DNA of 64,000 bases from an uncultured Spirochaetales bacterium (GCA_949299185.1 CASFZR010000002.1:4514-68513); one strand, 5' to 3'. Counted from the first letter of the stretch, positions 1 to 9,890 are shown. Program-made: numbers and translations. Notes: generated by a model from the sequence alone, not told the origin.

Positions 1-384
1 CGTCTGGACGACCTTGCGGAGCGCCGGCCGCGTACACTCATAGATACATATGGAGAGTATGATCGAGAGCGGCAGCGAGATAAGTATCTTGCCGACGGAA
101 TACATCACCGTGTTGCGGATAAGCGACCAGAAGTAGAAGCTGTTGATGAATGTCCTGAAGTTCTCGAGCCCGATCCACTCCGAGCCAAGGACGCCCTTGC
201 GGGCCATGAAGTCCTTGAAGGCTATCTGGGCGTTCCAGATAGGGACATACTTGAAGATTATGTAATAGATGAGAGGAATGAGCGCCAGAAGATACACAGA
301 GCGATGCCTGGCGATCTCCCTCCGCAGCCTGCTCTTGGAAAGAGCGGTGGCCGGAGCCTTGCTTCCGGATTTTCCAATGTCCAT
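1..384 (-). CDS. ABC polysaccharide/sugar transporter permease, LplB/YtcP-type, N-terminal part (gene runs off the window start)
   Basis: Own translation of the minus strand from ATG at 384: MDIGKSGSKAPATALSKSRLRREIARHRSVYLLALIPLIYYIIFKYVPIWNAQIAFKDFMARKG... It stays open to position 1. This is the typical LplB-like permease N-terminus. It is absent from the ORF track because it is open-ended. Confidence 0.7.
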   Translation of the reverse strand, partial: MDIGKSGSKAPATALSKSRLRREIARHRSVYLLALIPLIYYIIFKYVPIWNAQIAFKDFMARKGVLGSEWIGLENFRTFINSFYFWSLIRNTVMYSVGKILISLPLSIILSICIYECTRPALRKVVQT

Positions 385-460
385 AAGTCTACCTCGTAAG
401 TCAAGTCTAAGAGGCATCTTACGGATAATCCAATCCACTCATTGTACAATTCCGACATGC

Positions 461-3400
461 TCATTTGCGCTGCCGCACGTGGCCGGGAGAGAATCCCTTT
501 ATCTTCTTGAAGACCCTGCAGAAGTACGCCTGATCCTGGAATCCCGAATCCCTCGCTATCTCTGATAGCGTCCTGCCGGAACCCAGGAGGAGCGACACGG
601 AAAGCTGTATCCTGTAGCGGTTGAGATAATCCCAGGGAGAGAGCCCAAGCTCCTTGCGGAATATCCTGGCAAGATAGTCCTCGCTTATGCTCACCGCCTC
701 CGCGAGCTGCCAGCGCGATATAGGCTGGGTGGCATGATCATTGAGGTAAGCGATGGCCCGCTTCACGATCAGGCCGGTGAAAGGAGGCAGCATGCCGCTA
801 CCATCGGCTATCGCGACAAGGCGGGAGAGGAAATCCTTTGACTCAAGTATGGAAGGATTGGCAATCATGACATTAGGAATCGACGCGATTCTCTCGATAT
901 CCCTCTCCGAGAATCGCTCCCTGACGATGAGTACGGGGGTGGATGACAGGCGCTGAGAGGAACGGATCCTTGCCACGGCGTCCTCATCGACATAGGAGAA
1001 TACGATGAGGCTCACCTGCTCCTTGAGGGAAACGGCATCATCGAGGCTGCCTGCGGTGAGGATGCGCCCTATATCCTCGATCGACGGAGGAATGTATGCC
1101 GAAGGTCCGAGGAGAAGGACCAGGCGCTCCTTGGAGGACGCGATCGACTCAAGCGTGGCGCGAAGGGAGAACTCCTCCCTCTCTGAGAATAGGATCACAG
1201 GGACAGAGCAGAGGGAACGCGAAGAAAGAAGGGCTGCCGCTCCCTGCCTGTTCGTGTCAAGAAGGGCGAGAGCCCGTGGCGAGCAGGAGGAAAGGTCGTC
1301 CTTATCGACGATCCTCGCGTCAAGCCCTTCAGGCATGGCATCCTCACCGCCTTTGATGAAGACGATACCCTCTCCCTTGACGCTTCCATCCGCAAGCCGG
1401 GGATAGGGAATCAGGATGGAGACATCCCCTTCCCTCCGTTCCATCGAGCCTGAATGGACCACGACTATCATCTCAACGAGCTTCAGAGCCGTCTCCTCAA
1501 GCTCCACAGGCCCTTCCTTTATCGAGAAGATGACACCACGCTCAGAGAGCAAGACGGCTATCCGTCCGTTGATTCCTGACGGGGAGGAGCATATGATCAG
1601 CATCGCCTCAGACAGCCTGTCGCGATCGATCTCCATGAGGGGAAGCCGTGGCGGAGCCTGTACCGACAGCCCCTCATCGACAAGGGAGGAGACAAGCAGC
1701 GAGAGGGGCTGGAGTGAGAGCGATACCGATAGCTCGCCGCGCTCGGCAAGGGCAAGCTCAAGCAGATGCTCAGCGCCGAGTATGGAGTGCAGGAGGCCTG
1801 CGCGAGGCAGCCTTCCCTTGCGCATCAGGGAAGAGCGCATCTGGGACAGCGGCTGCATGACACCCTCTGAGAGCCTGGCGTAGAACTCCTCCGCGTTCCG
1901 CTCGCCCTGCTCCGCCCGCTCCTTCGCCTCCCTTGCCTCCTCGAAGAGGCTTATGCCCTTCAGCGCAGACGATAGCGATGTCCTGATATCCTCCAGGACA
2001 TAGCCCTCGCACCATCTGGCACCTACCACGATGTATCCCAGTTCCTGACTGTCATAGAAAAGCGGCTCTATGACGAAGATACCGCGCTCCACCTCCGCAG
2101 AAAGGGAGGAAGGAGCGATAAGGCGTCTGGGAAATCTCTCGCCTCCAGCATAGATGGCATCGCCGGAAAAGCCTCCGACGAACAGGGTCTCGGAGAAATC
2201 CGCATAGAGCATCAGGAAGCACTTTCCGATACCCAGCCCAGCGAACGTCTCCTGCATTATCGCGGGAAGCTCGTCATAGGCCTTTGCAGCGAGAAGGCGC
2301 GTCTTGAAGCAGTCAAGGAAGACAGAGAGCGAACGCACGCGTTGCCTCTCCTTCGTCCTGGCGCGCCTTTCCTCGAAGACGATGCGCAGGAAGAGCCTGC
2401 CCTTCCTCTCCTCCAAAACCTGTCCTGAGAGGACGGGCACTACCTCGAAAAGCACATCAGGATCGCCACCGGAGGCTATGAAATCCTCACAGGAGGAGAA
2501 GAGCGCGAGATCATCCCCCTCTCCAAGAAGATAGGAGAGTATCCTCCTGAGCGCCGCCTCGGATCCGGGGTTATCGAAGCGGTGTCCGATGATACGCCAC
2601 AGCTCATCATCATCGACAGAGAATGACCTGCCTTCCGTTCCGAATAGCCCGGAGCATCCGCATGAATGACGCACGATGAGATCGGTCGAGAGAAGGATAT
2701 CAGGGGAGCTTCCGCCATCGCAGAGCGAGGAGATCAGTCCGTAGGATGAGACGGCGAGCCTCGCTATCGGCAGCCTGACCGTCGTCGTGGACACGGACAT
2801 CAGCGCGTTCTCATCGTTATCATTGAACCCGGCGACATGCAGCATGCGCGGGATCCTGATACCCGCTGACTCAAGATAGCGGAAGGCGGAAAGCAGAAGC
2901 ATGTCAGAGGCGGCGACGAGCGCGGTGAAGTCTCGGCCGGGGACAAGGCCGCGGCACTCTATCAGCTCCTTCACGGCAGCATCTCCCTCTGCCCAGGGAT
3001 ACGGGGAGGAGACGAGGCGCTCATCATACGCTATCCCAGCCCCTTGGAGAGCATCGCGGTACGCCCTGAGCCTGTCCTCGGCGCTCCTGTGGCTCTCAGG
3101 CCCCCTGATGAAGGCAATCCTGCGATCCCCATGTACAGATATCATATGGCCGACCTCGGCAAGCATGCCGCTATAGGCATCGAAATCGACGCTTGGGCAT
3201 CCATCGACAAGCATCCCCAGGGAGACCACCTTCATCTCCCCGGCCTTCTCCCGGGCGAATGACGCAGCCTCATCGGCCCCGACAGAGCCGGAGAGTGCTG
3301 ATGTCCAGATGACAGCCCCGTCGAGGGAGGAGCCATTGGCAAGATCATAGATGCCGTTCCGGAGATACTCATTACCGGGGGCATAGCGCAGACGGCCCCC

Positions 3401-3520
3401 GGGGAAGACGAAGAGAGCGCTCTCCTCATCGCTGGCGGCCGCTTCAGCCATGGCCTTCCACATGGATGTGCTTGATCCTTGGTACACATTCGCGAGCAAG
3501 AACCCTATGCGTCTGGCCAT
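461..3520 (-). CDS. Large cytoplasmic AraC-family regulator: PBP1/LacI-type sugar-binding domain + GAF-like region + degenerate HisKA/HATPase-like core + receiver-like region + AraC HTH
   Basis: 1019-aa ORF with RBS GGGAGGG before the ATG. N-terminus RIGFLLANVY...IAFIRGPESHRSAEDRLRAY is a PBP1 fold without a LacI HTH. FYARLSEGVMQPLSQM resembles the H-box F.A.vSHELRTPL with His replaced by Glu. C-terminus WQLAEAVSISEDYLARIFRKELGLSPWDYLNRYRIQ...GFQDQAYFCRVFKK is an AraC HTH. No TM segments seen. Confidence 0.8.
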   Translation of the reverse strand: MARRIGFLLANVYQGSSTSMWKAMAEAAASDEESALFVFPGGRLRYAPGNEYLRNGIYDLANGSSLDGAVIWTSALSGSVGADEAASFAREKAGEMKVVSLGMLVDGCPSVDFDAYSGMLAEVGHMISVHGDRRIAFIRGPESHRSAEDRLRAYRDALQGAGIAYDERLVSSPYPWAEGDAAVKELIECRGLVPGRDFTALVAASDMLLLSAFRYLESAGIRIPRMLHVAGFNDNDENALMSVSTTTVRLPIARLAVSSYGLISSLCDGGSSPDILLSTDLIVRHSCGCSGLFGTEGRSFSVDDDELWRIIGHRFDNPGSEAALRRILSYLLGEGDDLALFSSCEDFIASGGDPDVLFEVVPVLSGQVLEERKGRLFLRIVFEERRARTKERQRVRSLSVFLDCFKTRLLAAKAYDELPAIMQETFAGLGIGKCFLMLYADFSETLFVGGFSGDAIYAGGERFPRRLIAPSSLSAEVERGIFVIEPLFYDSQELGYIVVGARWCEGYVLEDIRTSLSSALKGISLFEEAREAKERAEQGERNAEEFYARLSEGVMQPLSQMRSSLMRKGRLPRAGLLHSILGAEHLLELALAERGELSVSLSLQPLSLLVSSLVDEGLSVQAPPRLPLMEIDRDRLSEAMLIICSSPSGINGRIAVLLSERGVIFSIKEGPVELEETALKLVEMIVVVHSGSMERREGDVSILIPYPRLADGSVKGEGIVFIKGGEDAMPEGLDARIVDKDDLSSCSPRALALLDTNRQGAAALLSSRSLCSVPVILFSEREEFSLRATLESIASSKERLVLLLGPSAYIPPSIEDIGRILTAGSLDDAVSLKEQVSLIVFSYVDEDAVARIRSSQRLSSTPVLIVRERFSERDIERIASIPNVMIANPSILESKDFLSRLVAIADGSGMLPPFTGLIVKRAIAYLNDHATQPISRWQLAEAVSISEDYLARIFRKELGLSPWDYLNRYRIQLSVSLLLGSGRTLSEIARDSGFQDQAYFCRVFKKIKGFSPGHVRQRK

Positions 3521-3614
3521 TCGTCCCTCCCGATGTCGTTATTGTACAACACCGATGCGCTAAGGAACAAACGTTTTCATTTGACAGAGTTCCTTATTAG
3601 ATTAAACTGAAACT

Positions 3615-4613
3615 ATGTTCCGTTTTTCGGCTATCGAACAGGGATTGAGGAAGACAAACGGCTTCTTCGAGCGCTTCATGCCTATCCTTACGCCTACTGG
3701 CGTAATCCTAGGCCTGCTGCTCGCATCCTTCTTCATGCCGCTCAAGCCCATCGTGACGCCGCTATTCGCCTTCCTGACGCTCGTCAACGGCATGGGTGTC
3801 TCGATCCTCGACTTCGGCCGCGTCGTACGAAAGCCTAAGCCGATATTCCTCTTCATGCTCTGCGTATATCTCGTCGCTCCTCTGGTGATGACGACGGCAG
3901 CGCACATACTGTTCTCGGGTAGTCCCGACACCGTGACGGGATTCGCCCTGCTCTACGCGATCCCGACGGCCGTGGTGGGAAGCGTATGGTCAGGGATATA
4001 CAACGGAAACGCCGCGCTCAGCCTCGCCATGCTCGTGATAGGCACGCTCCTTGCCCCTATCATGACGCCATACACGGTACGCATCCTCTCCTCCTCCGAG
4101 ATAACGATGGACGTATCGGGGATGATGCTCTCGCTCCTGTGGATGGTGGTCATACCATCCGTGATCGGGATAGCCATCAACGCAGCGACGAAGGGAAGCT
4201 GCACGAAGCACGCCGTGCCATGCCTCAAGCCCTTTACGAAGGTAGCCCTCCTGCTCGTGATAATCATCAATTCAAGCCAGGTGGCAGAGGAGCTTATAGC
4301 CGCTATCTCCTGGACATATGTGCCGCAGTTCATAGCATCGTTCGTTTTCGCCTTCTCAGGCTACTTCATGGCCTACGCGATCGGACGCATAGGGCGGCTG
4401 GAACGCCAGGACCTGATCTCGATGACCTTCGCATCGAGCATGAAGAACATCTCAGCTGCGATGGTAATAGCGATAGACTTCTTCCCTCCGGGGGCAGTAC
4501 TGCCTATCATATTCGGTATAGTGCTGCAGCAATCGACATGCGCGCTCTCGGCCCACATCCTCTTTGGAAGGAAGCCGGAAAAGATAGATAGCAACAAAGG
4601 AGACAAGCGATGA
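3615..4613 (+). CDS. Bile acid:sodium symporter (SBF/BASS)-family transporter, probable hexuronate/keto-acid uptake
   Basis: 332 aa, multi-pass hydrophobic protein with SBF-like layout. ATGA overlap with uxaB implies an operon. The start is uncertain because a sigma70-like promoter sits only a few nt upstream (alternative Met at 3678). Confidence 0.65.
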   Translation: MFRFSAIEQGLRKTNGFFERFMPILTPTGVILGLLLASFFMPLKPIVTPLFAFLTLVNGMGVSILDFGRVVRKPKPIFLFMLCVYLVAPLVMTTAAHILFSGSPDTVTGFALLYAIPTAVVGSVWSGIYNGNAALSLAMLVIGTLLAPIMTPYTVRILSSSEITMDVSGMMLSLLWMVVIPSVIGIAINAATKGSCTKHAVPCLKPFTKVALLLVIIINSSQVAEELIAAISWTYVPQFIASFVFAFSGYFMAYAIGRIGRLERQDLISMTFASSMKNISAAMVIAIDFFPPGAVLPIIFGIVLQQSTCALSAHILFGRKPEKIDSNKGDKR

Positions 4614-6088
4614 AAAGCATCAAGGAAACCGTCAAGAAGCCTCAGAGACCTGTGAAGATCCTCCAGTTCGGAGAGGGTAACTTCCTCAGGGCATTCGTGG
4701 ATTGGATCGTGGACCTTCTCAACGAGAAGGGTGACTTCAATGGCAACGTGATGATGGTCCAGCCCCTCAAGAATGGCATGGGCGAGATGATCAACGACCA
4801 GAACGGCCTCTATACGACGGTACTCAGCGGTGTCGTGGACGGCAAGCCGGTCCAGGAGTTCAGGACGATCACGAGCGTAGAGGGATGCATCAATCCATTC
4901 ACCGAGTACGAGAAGTATATGGCGCAGGCGGAGAATCCTGACCTCAGGTTCATCATCTCCAACACCACCGAGGCCGGCATCGCGTACCACGAAGGAGACA
5001 AGCTTGATGACAAGCCGCAGATCTCATATCCGGGAAAGGTCTGTGCCTTCCTGTATAAGAGGTACAAGCACTTCAACGGTGCCGCGGACAAGGGCATCAT
5101 CGCCATCCCCTGCGAGCTTATAGACAAGAACGGAGACAACCTCAAGGCGATCGTCAAGAGATACGCCGATGAATGGGGCCTTGAGGATGGATTCAAGAGC
5201 TGGCTCGACAATGCCTGTGACTTCTGCAACAGCCTCGTCGATAGGATCGTCCCAGGATACCCCAGGAACGAAGCTGACAAGCTCTGCGAGGAGCTTGGCT
5301 ACAAGGACAACCTCCTGGACAAGGCTGAGCTTTTCCTGCTGTGGGTCATAGAGTGCCACGGAAAGACGCATGAGGACGAGCTTCCGACCGAGAAGGCCGG
5401 CGTGAACGTGATCTGGACCGATGACATGTCCTTCTATCGCACGCGCAAGGTACGCATCCTCAACGGCGCCCATACAATGTCCGTGCTTGCTGCCTATCAG
5501 ATGGGACTGAATACCGTCGAGGAGTGCATCAAGAGCCCGCTGATCTTCCCGATGATGAAGCGCGGCCTCTTCGAGGAGATCATCCCCTCGATGGATGGAG
5601 ACAAGAAGCAGCTTGAGGAGTATGCGGGAGATGTCCTCAACAGGTTCGCGAACCCATACATCGTCCACCTCTGCCTCTCCATCTCGCTCAACAGCGTCTC
5701 CAAGTTCAAGACACGCGACCTGCCATCGCTCACCGGCTACGTGAAGAAGGAAGGAAAGCTTCCTGTGGTGCTTCCGTTCTCTCTTGCCGCGCTCATCTCC
5801 TTCTATAACGGTACTGAGTACGAGGGACCGGCCCTCATCGGCAGCCGCGATGGTGAGAAGTATCTGATCAACGACAGCCCGGAGGTGCTTGAGAAGTTCG
5901 CATCGCTGTACAAGGCTGAGTATAAGGATACGGCGGACAAGGCCGCGAAGATCGCGCACGCCGTGCTTTCGGATGTCTCATGGTGGGGAGAGGACCTCAC
6001 GAGGATCGAGGGACTGGAGAAGACGATCACAGGACACCTTGAGACCATCTGGACCAAAGGCATGAAGGCTGCCGTCGAGAGCCTCTGA
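4610..6088 (+). CDS. uxaB: Altronate oxidoreductase (tagaturonate reductase), mannitol dehydrogenase family
   Basis: 492 aa. N-terminal KILQFGEGNFLRAFVDWIVD is the Rossmann motif typical of UxaB. Sits in an operon with uxaA and uxaC. Confidence 0.85.
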   Translation: MKSIKETVKKPQRPVKILQFGEGNFLRAFVDWIVDLLNEKGDFNGNVMMVQPLKNGMGEMINDQNGLYTTVLSGVVDGKPVQEFRTITSVEGCINPFTEYEKYMAQAENPDLRFIISNTTEAGIAYHEGDKLDDKPQISYPGKVCAFLYKRYKHFNGAADKGIIAIPCELIDKNGDNLKAIVKRYADEWGLEDGFKSWLDNACDFCNSLVDRIVPGYPRNEADKLCEELGYKDNLLDKAELFLLWVIECHGKTHEDELPTEKAGVNVIWTDDMSFYRTRKVRILNGAHTMSVLAAYQMGLNTVEECIKSPLIFPMMKRGLFEEIIPSMDGDKKQLEEYAGDVLNRFANPYIVHLCLSISLNSVSKFKTRDLPSLTGYVKKEGKLPVVLPFSLAALISFYNGTEYEGPALIGSRDGEKYLINDSPEVLEKFASLYKAEYKDTADKAAKIAHAVLSDVSWWGEDLTRIEGLEKTITGHLETIWTKGMKAAVESL

Positions 6089-6094
6089 GGTAGT

Positions 6095-7609
6095 ATGGAT
6101 CAGAAGCTTATCAGGATAACGGATCGCGACAATGTCGCAGTGGCGATCTCTCCCGTGATGAAGGGAGAGGTCGTGACAGTCGCTAATGATACCTTCACGG
6201 CCTTCTCAGACATCCCTGCGGGGCATAAGATCGCGCTTAAGGAGATCAAGAAGGGAGAGAAGGTCATCAAGTACGGCTACCCCATCGGAGCGGCGAAGGA
6301 GGATATCGGGAAGGGACAGCACGTCCATGCCTTCAATATCTCGACGCTGCTCTCAGAGAGCGCGGCCTACAGCTACGACAGGAGCGTGGCTGAGGAGTGC
6401 ATCAGGGAGGCCGAGGTCGACAAGCTGAGGTGGAAAGGCCATGTTCCGGCTATCAACGCCTATGTAAGGAAGGATGGCCGCATCGGCATCCGCAACTCGC
6501 TCTGGATCGTTCCCACCGTCGGATGCGTAAACCGCATCGCGATGAAGCTCGAGGCCTGGGGCAATGAGACGCTGGGCCTGGAGGACGGCGTACATGCCTG
6601 GACGCACCCGTTCGGCTGCTCGCAGCTCGGAGGGGACCATGAGAACACGAGGAAGATACTCGCAGGACTCGTACATCACCCCAACGCAGGCGGCGTGCTG
6701 GTCCTCGGACTCGGATGCGAGAACAACACGATGGACTCCTTCAAGGAGCTTCTGGGGCCTGTCGATGAGTCGAGGGTGAAGTTCCTCATCACGCAGGAAT
6801 CTGAGGATGAGGTCGCAGACGCCCAGAAGCTGATGCTCCAGCTCGCAGAGGTCATCAAGGGCGACAGAAGGGAGCCGCAGCCGATGTCGAAGCTCGTCGT
6901 AGGCTTCAAGTGCGGAGGCTCTGACGGGCTCTCCGGCATAACCGCCAATCCCCTTGTCGGACGCTTCTGCAATGACCTTACCGCGATGGGCGGTACGGGA
7001 ATCCTCACCGAGGTGCCTGAGATGTTCGGAGCAGAGCAGATGCTGATGAACAGGGCTGTCAGCGAGGAGATATACGAGAAGACGGTGGCGATGGTGCAGG
7101 ACTTCAAGGACTACTTCACCTCCCACGGCCAGGTCGTATACGAGAATCCCTCCCCTGGCAACAAGGCAGGTGGCATCTCGACGCTTGAGGATAAGAGCCT
7201 TGGATGCGTGCAGAAGGGAGGAAGGGCCCCTGTCACCTCGGTACTCGGCTATGGCGAGAGGGTGACCACGCCAGGCCTCACGCTGCTCTCCGGCCCCGGC
7301 AATGATATCGTGTCGACGACCGACATGACCGCCGCCGGCGCGCATATGATCCTCTTCACCACAGGCCGCGGAACGCCGCTCGGCGCGCCGGTGCCTACCG
7401 TGAAGATCGCGACCAACCACGCCCTTGCGGAGCATAAGGCGGACTGGATCGACTTCGATGCCTCCCCGATGCTCAGAGAGGATCCGGAGAAGGTGACTAA
7501 CGAACTCATCAAGCTGATCGGAGCGATCGCGAACGGTGAGAAGCATACGAAGAACGAGATCAACGGATACTCCGAGATTTCGATATTTAAGGATGGTGTA
7601 GTGCTATGA
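6095..7609 (+). CDS. uxaA: Altronate dehydratase
   Basis: 504 aa. N-terminal SAF domain (IRITDRDNVAVA...AGHKIALKEIKKGEKVIKYGYPIG) plus a C-terminal galactarate/altronate dehydratase domain. Confidence 0.9.
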   Translation: MDQKLIRITDRDNVAVAISPVMKGEVVTVANDTFTAFSDIPAGHKIALKEIKKGEKVIKYGYPIGAAKEDIGKGQHVHAFNISTLLSESAAYSYDRSVAEECIREAEVDKLRWKGHVPAINAYVRKDGRIGIRNSLWIVPTVGCVNRIAMKLEAWGNETLGLEDGVHAWTHPFGCSQLGGDHENTRKILAGLVHHPNAGGVLVLGLGCENNTMDSFKELLGPVDESRVKFLITQESEDEVADAQKLMLQLAEVIKGDRREPQPMSKLVVGFKCGGSDGLSGITANPLVGRFCNDLTAMGGTGILTEVPEMFGAEQMLMNRAVSEEIYEKTVAMVQDFKDYFTSHGQVVYENPSPGNKAGGISTLEDKSLGCVQKGGRAPVTSVLGYGERVTTPGLTLLSGPGNDIVSTTDMTAAGAHMILFTTGRGTPLGAPVPTVKIATNHALAEHKADWIDFDASPMLREDPEKVTNELIKLIGAIANGEKHTKNEINGYSEISIFKDGVVL

Positions 7610-9006
7610 AAGACTTTATGGACAAGGACTTCCTCCTGGAGACAGGAACCGCTAGGACGCTCTATCATGAGTATGCTGCTGATATGCCGATCTTCGACTA
7701 TCACTGCCACCTCATCCCTGAGCAGATCGCGACTGACAAGAGATTCACGACGATCACCGACGCATGGCTCGGCGGCGATCACTACAAGTGGAGGATGATG
7801 AGGGCCTGCGGCTTCGACGAGAAGCTCATCACGGGAAATGCTGATCCCTATGACAAGTTCCTCGCCTGGGCAGAGACGATGGAGAACCTCATCGGCAACC
7901 CGCTCTACCACTGGACGCACCTTGAGCTGCAGAGATACTTCGGCATCTACGATGTCCTCTGCCGCAAGAACGCCAAGAAGATCTACGAGAACGCCAACGA
8001 GCAGTTCAAGAGCAATCCTGAGCTCTCCGTCTTCGGCATCATGAAGAAGTTTAAGGTCTATGCGGTAGGCACCACCGATGATCCGGCGGATGACCTTGCA
8101 TACCACAAGATCATCAGGGACGAGGGAAAGTGCCCTGCGAAGGTCATTCCTTCCTATCGCCCGGACAAGGCGCTCAATATCGAGAAGCCTGACTTCGCGG
8201 AGTATATCGCCAAGCTCGGAAAGGCAGCTGGCGTGGAGATCAAGAGCGTCTCCGACATCATCGCGGCGCTTGTGAAGAGGCTCCAGTTCTTCGTCGAGAT
8301 GGGGTGCAAGGCCTCCGACCACGCCCTCATCACCTGCCCGCACACATTCTGGGATGAGAAGAAGGTCAATGCCGCGTTCGAGAAGAGGATGGGAGGCGAA
8401 GAGGTGACAGCTGATGAGGCTGATGCCTACAGGACATTCGTACTCTCGGCCCTTGCCCGCGCGTACCATAAGAACAACGTCGTCTTCCAGTGCCACTTCG
8501 CATCGATCAGGGACAACAACAAGACGATGTATCGCCTCCTCGGACCGGATACCGGATACGACGCATCCCATGATGTGGAGCTTGCTGCCAACGTCTCAGC
8601 GTTCTTCGGCGCTCTCTCGGAGACCGATGAGGTGCCTAAGACGATCTTCTACTCGCTCAACCCGAAGGATTACTACTCCCTCGCCACCCTCATGGGATGC
8701 TATCAGGGAGGAATCAGGGGCAAGATGCAGCTTGGCTCTGCCTGGTGGTTCTGCGATCACAGGGACGGCATGGAGGAGCAGATCAAGGTGCTTGCCAACG
8801 TCGGATCGCTTCCGCTCTTCGTCGGCATGCTCACCGACAGCCGCTCCTTCCTCTCCTACTCACGCCATGAGTACTTCAGAAGGATACTCTGCAACGTGAT
8901 CGGCGGATGGGTCGAGAACGGCGAGTTCCCCGCGGATATGGATCAGCTTGGCGAGATCGTGAGGAACATCTCCTTCAATAACGCCCAGAGCTACTTCGAG
9001 GGCTGA
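7606..9006 (+). CDS. uxaC: Glucuronate isomerase
   Basis: 466 aa. N-terminus DFLLETGTARTLYHEYAADMPIFDYHCHL is characteristic of UxaC. ATGA overlap with uxaA. Confidence 0.9.
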   Translation: MKDFMDKDFLLETGTARTLYHEYAADMPIFDYHCHLIPEQIATDKRFTTITDAWLGGDHYKWRMMRACGFDEKLITGNADPYDKFLAWAETMENLIGNPLYHWTHLELQRYFGIYDVLCRKNAKKIYENANEQFKSNPELSVFGIMKKFKVYAVGTTDDPADDLAYHKIIRDEGKCPAKVIPSYRPDKALNIEKPDFAEYIAKLGKAAGVEIKSVSDIIAALVKRLQFFVEMGCKASDHALITCPHTFWDEKKVNAAFEKRMGGEEVTADEADAYRTFVLSALARAYHKNNVVFQCHFASIRDNNKTMYRLLGPDTGYDASHDVELAANVSAFFGALSETDEVPKTIFYSLNPKDYYSLATLMGCYQGGIRGKMQLGSAWWFCDHRDGMEEQIKVLANVGSLPLFVGMLTDSRSFLSYSRHEYFRRILCNVIGGWVENGEFPADMDQLGEIVRNISFNNAQSYFEG

Positions 9007-9010
9007 TCGG

Positions 9011-9784
9011 ATGAAAGAGAAGGATGACGAGAAGCAGATGAGCGCGGTACAGCGCACTATCTCCATACTGGAGGCGCTATCGCGCGTTGAGTCGATAAAC
9101 CTTGAGAGCCTCGCGAAGGATACAGGGCTGCCCAAGGCCACGCTTCTCCGATTCCTCTCTACCCTTATCTCCCTTGGGTACGTCATGCGTGATGATGGCG
9201 ATCTCTACCATCTCACGCTCAAGATGTTCTCAACGGGATCACGCTCCCTTTCGCACATAGACCTGGTGACCACGGCAAAGCCCTTTGCCAAGAGGCTTGC
9301 CAAGGAACTCGGGGAGACCGTCCATATGGGCATCCTCGAAGGCGATACCGCCGTCTATGTGCTGAAGGAGGAGTCCATGTACACGCTGAGGATGTACTCC
9401 CAGGTAGGGAAGCGCATCCCCCTCTACTGCACGGCCATCGGCAAGATATTCCTCTCGGAGATGAGCGAGGAAGCGCTTGAGGAGTATATCAGCGGACATC
9501 CGCTAAAGCCATTCACGCCGAAGTCGATCAGGACGGTGGAAGCCCTGAAGGAAGAACTGGGAAAGACACGCGAGCGTGGCTGGTCCATCGATGACGAGGA
9601 GCATGAGATGAACATCAAGTGCATCGCCTCCCCTGTCAGGGATTATTCAGGCCGTACCGTTGCCGCTATATCGGTATCATGGCCTCTGTTCCGCTTCGAG
9701 GACTGCGATCAGGGCGAGATCACGCGGAAGATAATGGAGACGACCGCGGAGCTTTCCTCGATACTCGGCTACGGGAAGGAATAA
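9011..9784 (+). CDS. IclR-family transcriptional regulator (KdgR-like by context)
   Basis: 257 aa. Winged HTH (AVQRTISILEAL...LAKDTGLPKATLLRFLSTL) plus an IclR effector domain. Directly downstream of uxaBAC. Confidence 0.85.
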   Translation: MKEKDDEKQMSAVQRTISILEALSRVESINLESLAKDTGLPKATLLRFLSTLISLGYVMRDDGDLYHLTLKMFSTGSRSLSHIDLVTTAKPFAKRLAKELGETVHMGILEGDTAVYVLKEESMYTLRMYSQVGKRIPLYCTAIGKIFLSEMSEEALEEYISGHPLKPFTPKSIRTVEALKEELGKTRERGWSIDDEEHEMNIKCIASPVRDYSGRTVAAISVSWPLFRFEDCDQGEITRKIMETTAELSSILGYGKE

Positions 9785-9791
9785 AGGGACA

Positions 9792-9890
9792 GTCCCCTAG
9801 AAAAATGTAGCCATAAGGCATATTGTCCCCTAGAAAAATGCGTTCATAAGAGGAATATTCCCCTAGATTTTTGTTGTCAACTAAGTTTTA
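9792..9890. repeat. Three tandem 33-bp units with a (G/T)TCCCCTAGA core
   Basis: Units start at 9792, 9825 and 9858. Units 1 and 2 share GTCCCCTAGAAAAATG exactly and have about 24/33 identity overall. Unit 3 is TTCCCCTAGATTTTTG and runs into the -35 box of the downstream promoter. Confidence 0.8.

Noticed and set aside
6353-8571. 397-aa and 440-aa minus-strand ORFs
   Set aside because: They are antisense shadows of uxaA and uxaC, which match their families along their full lengths.
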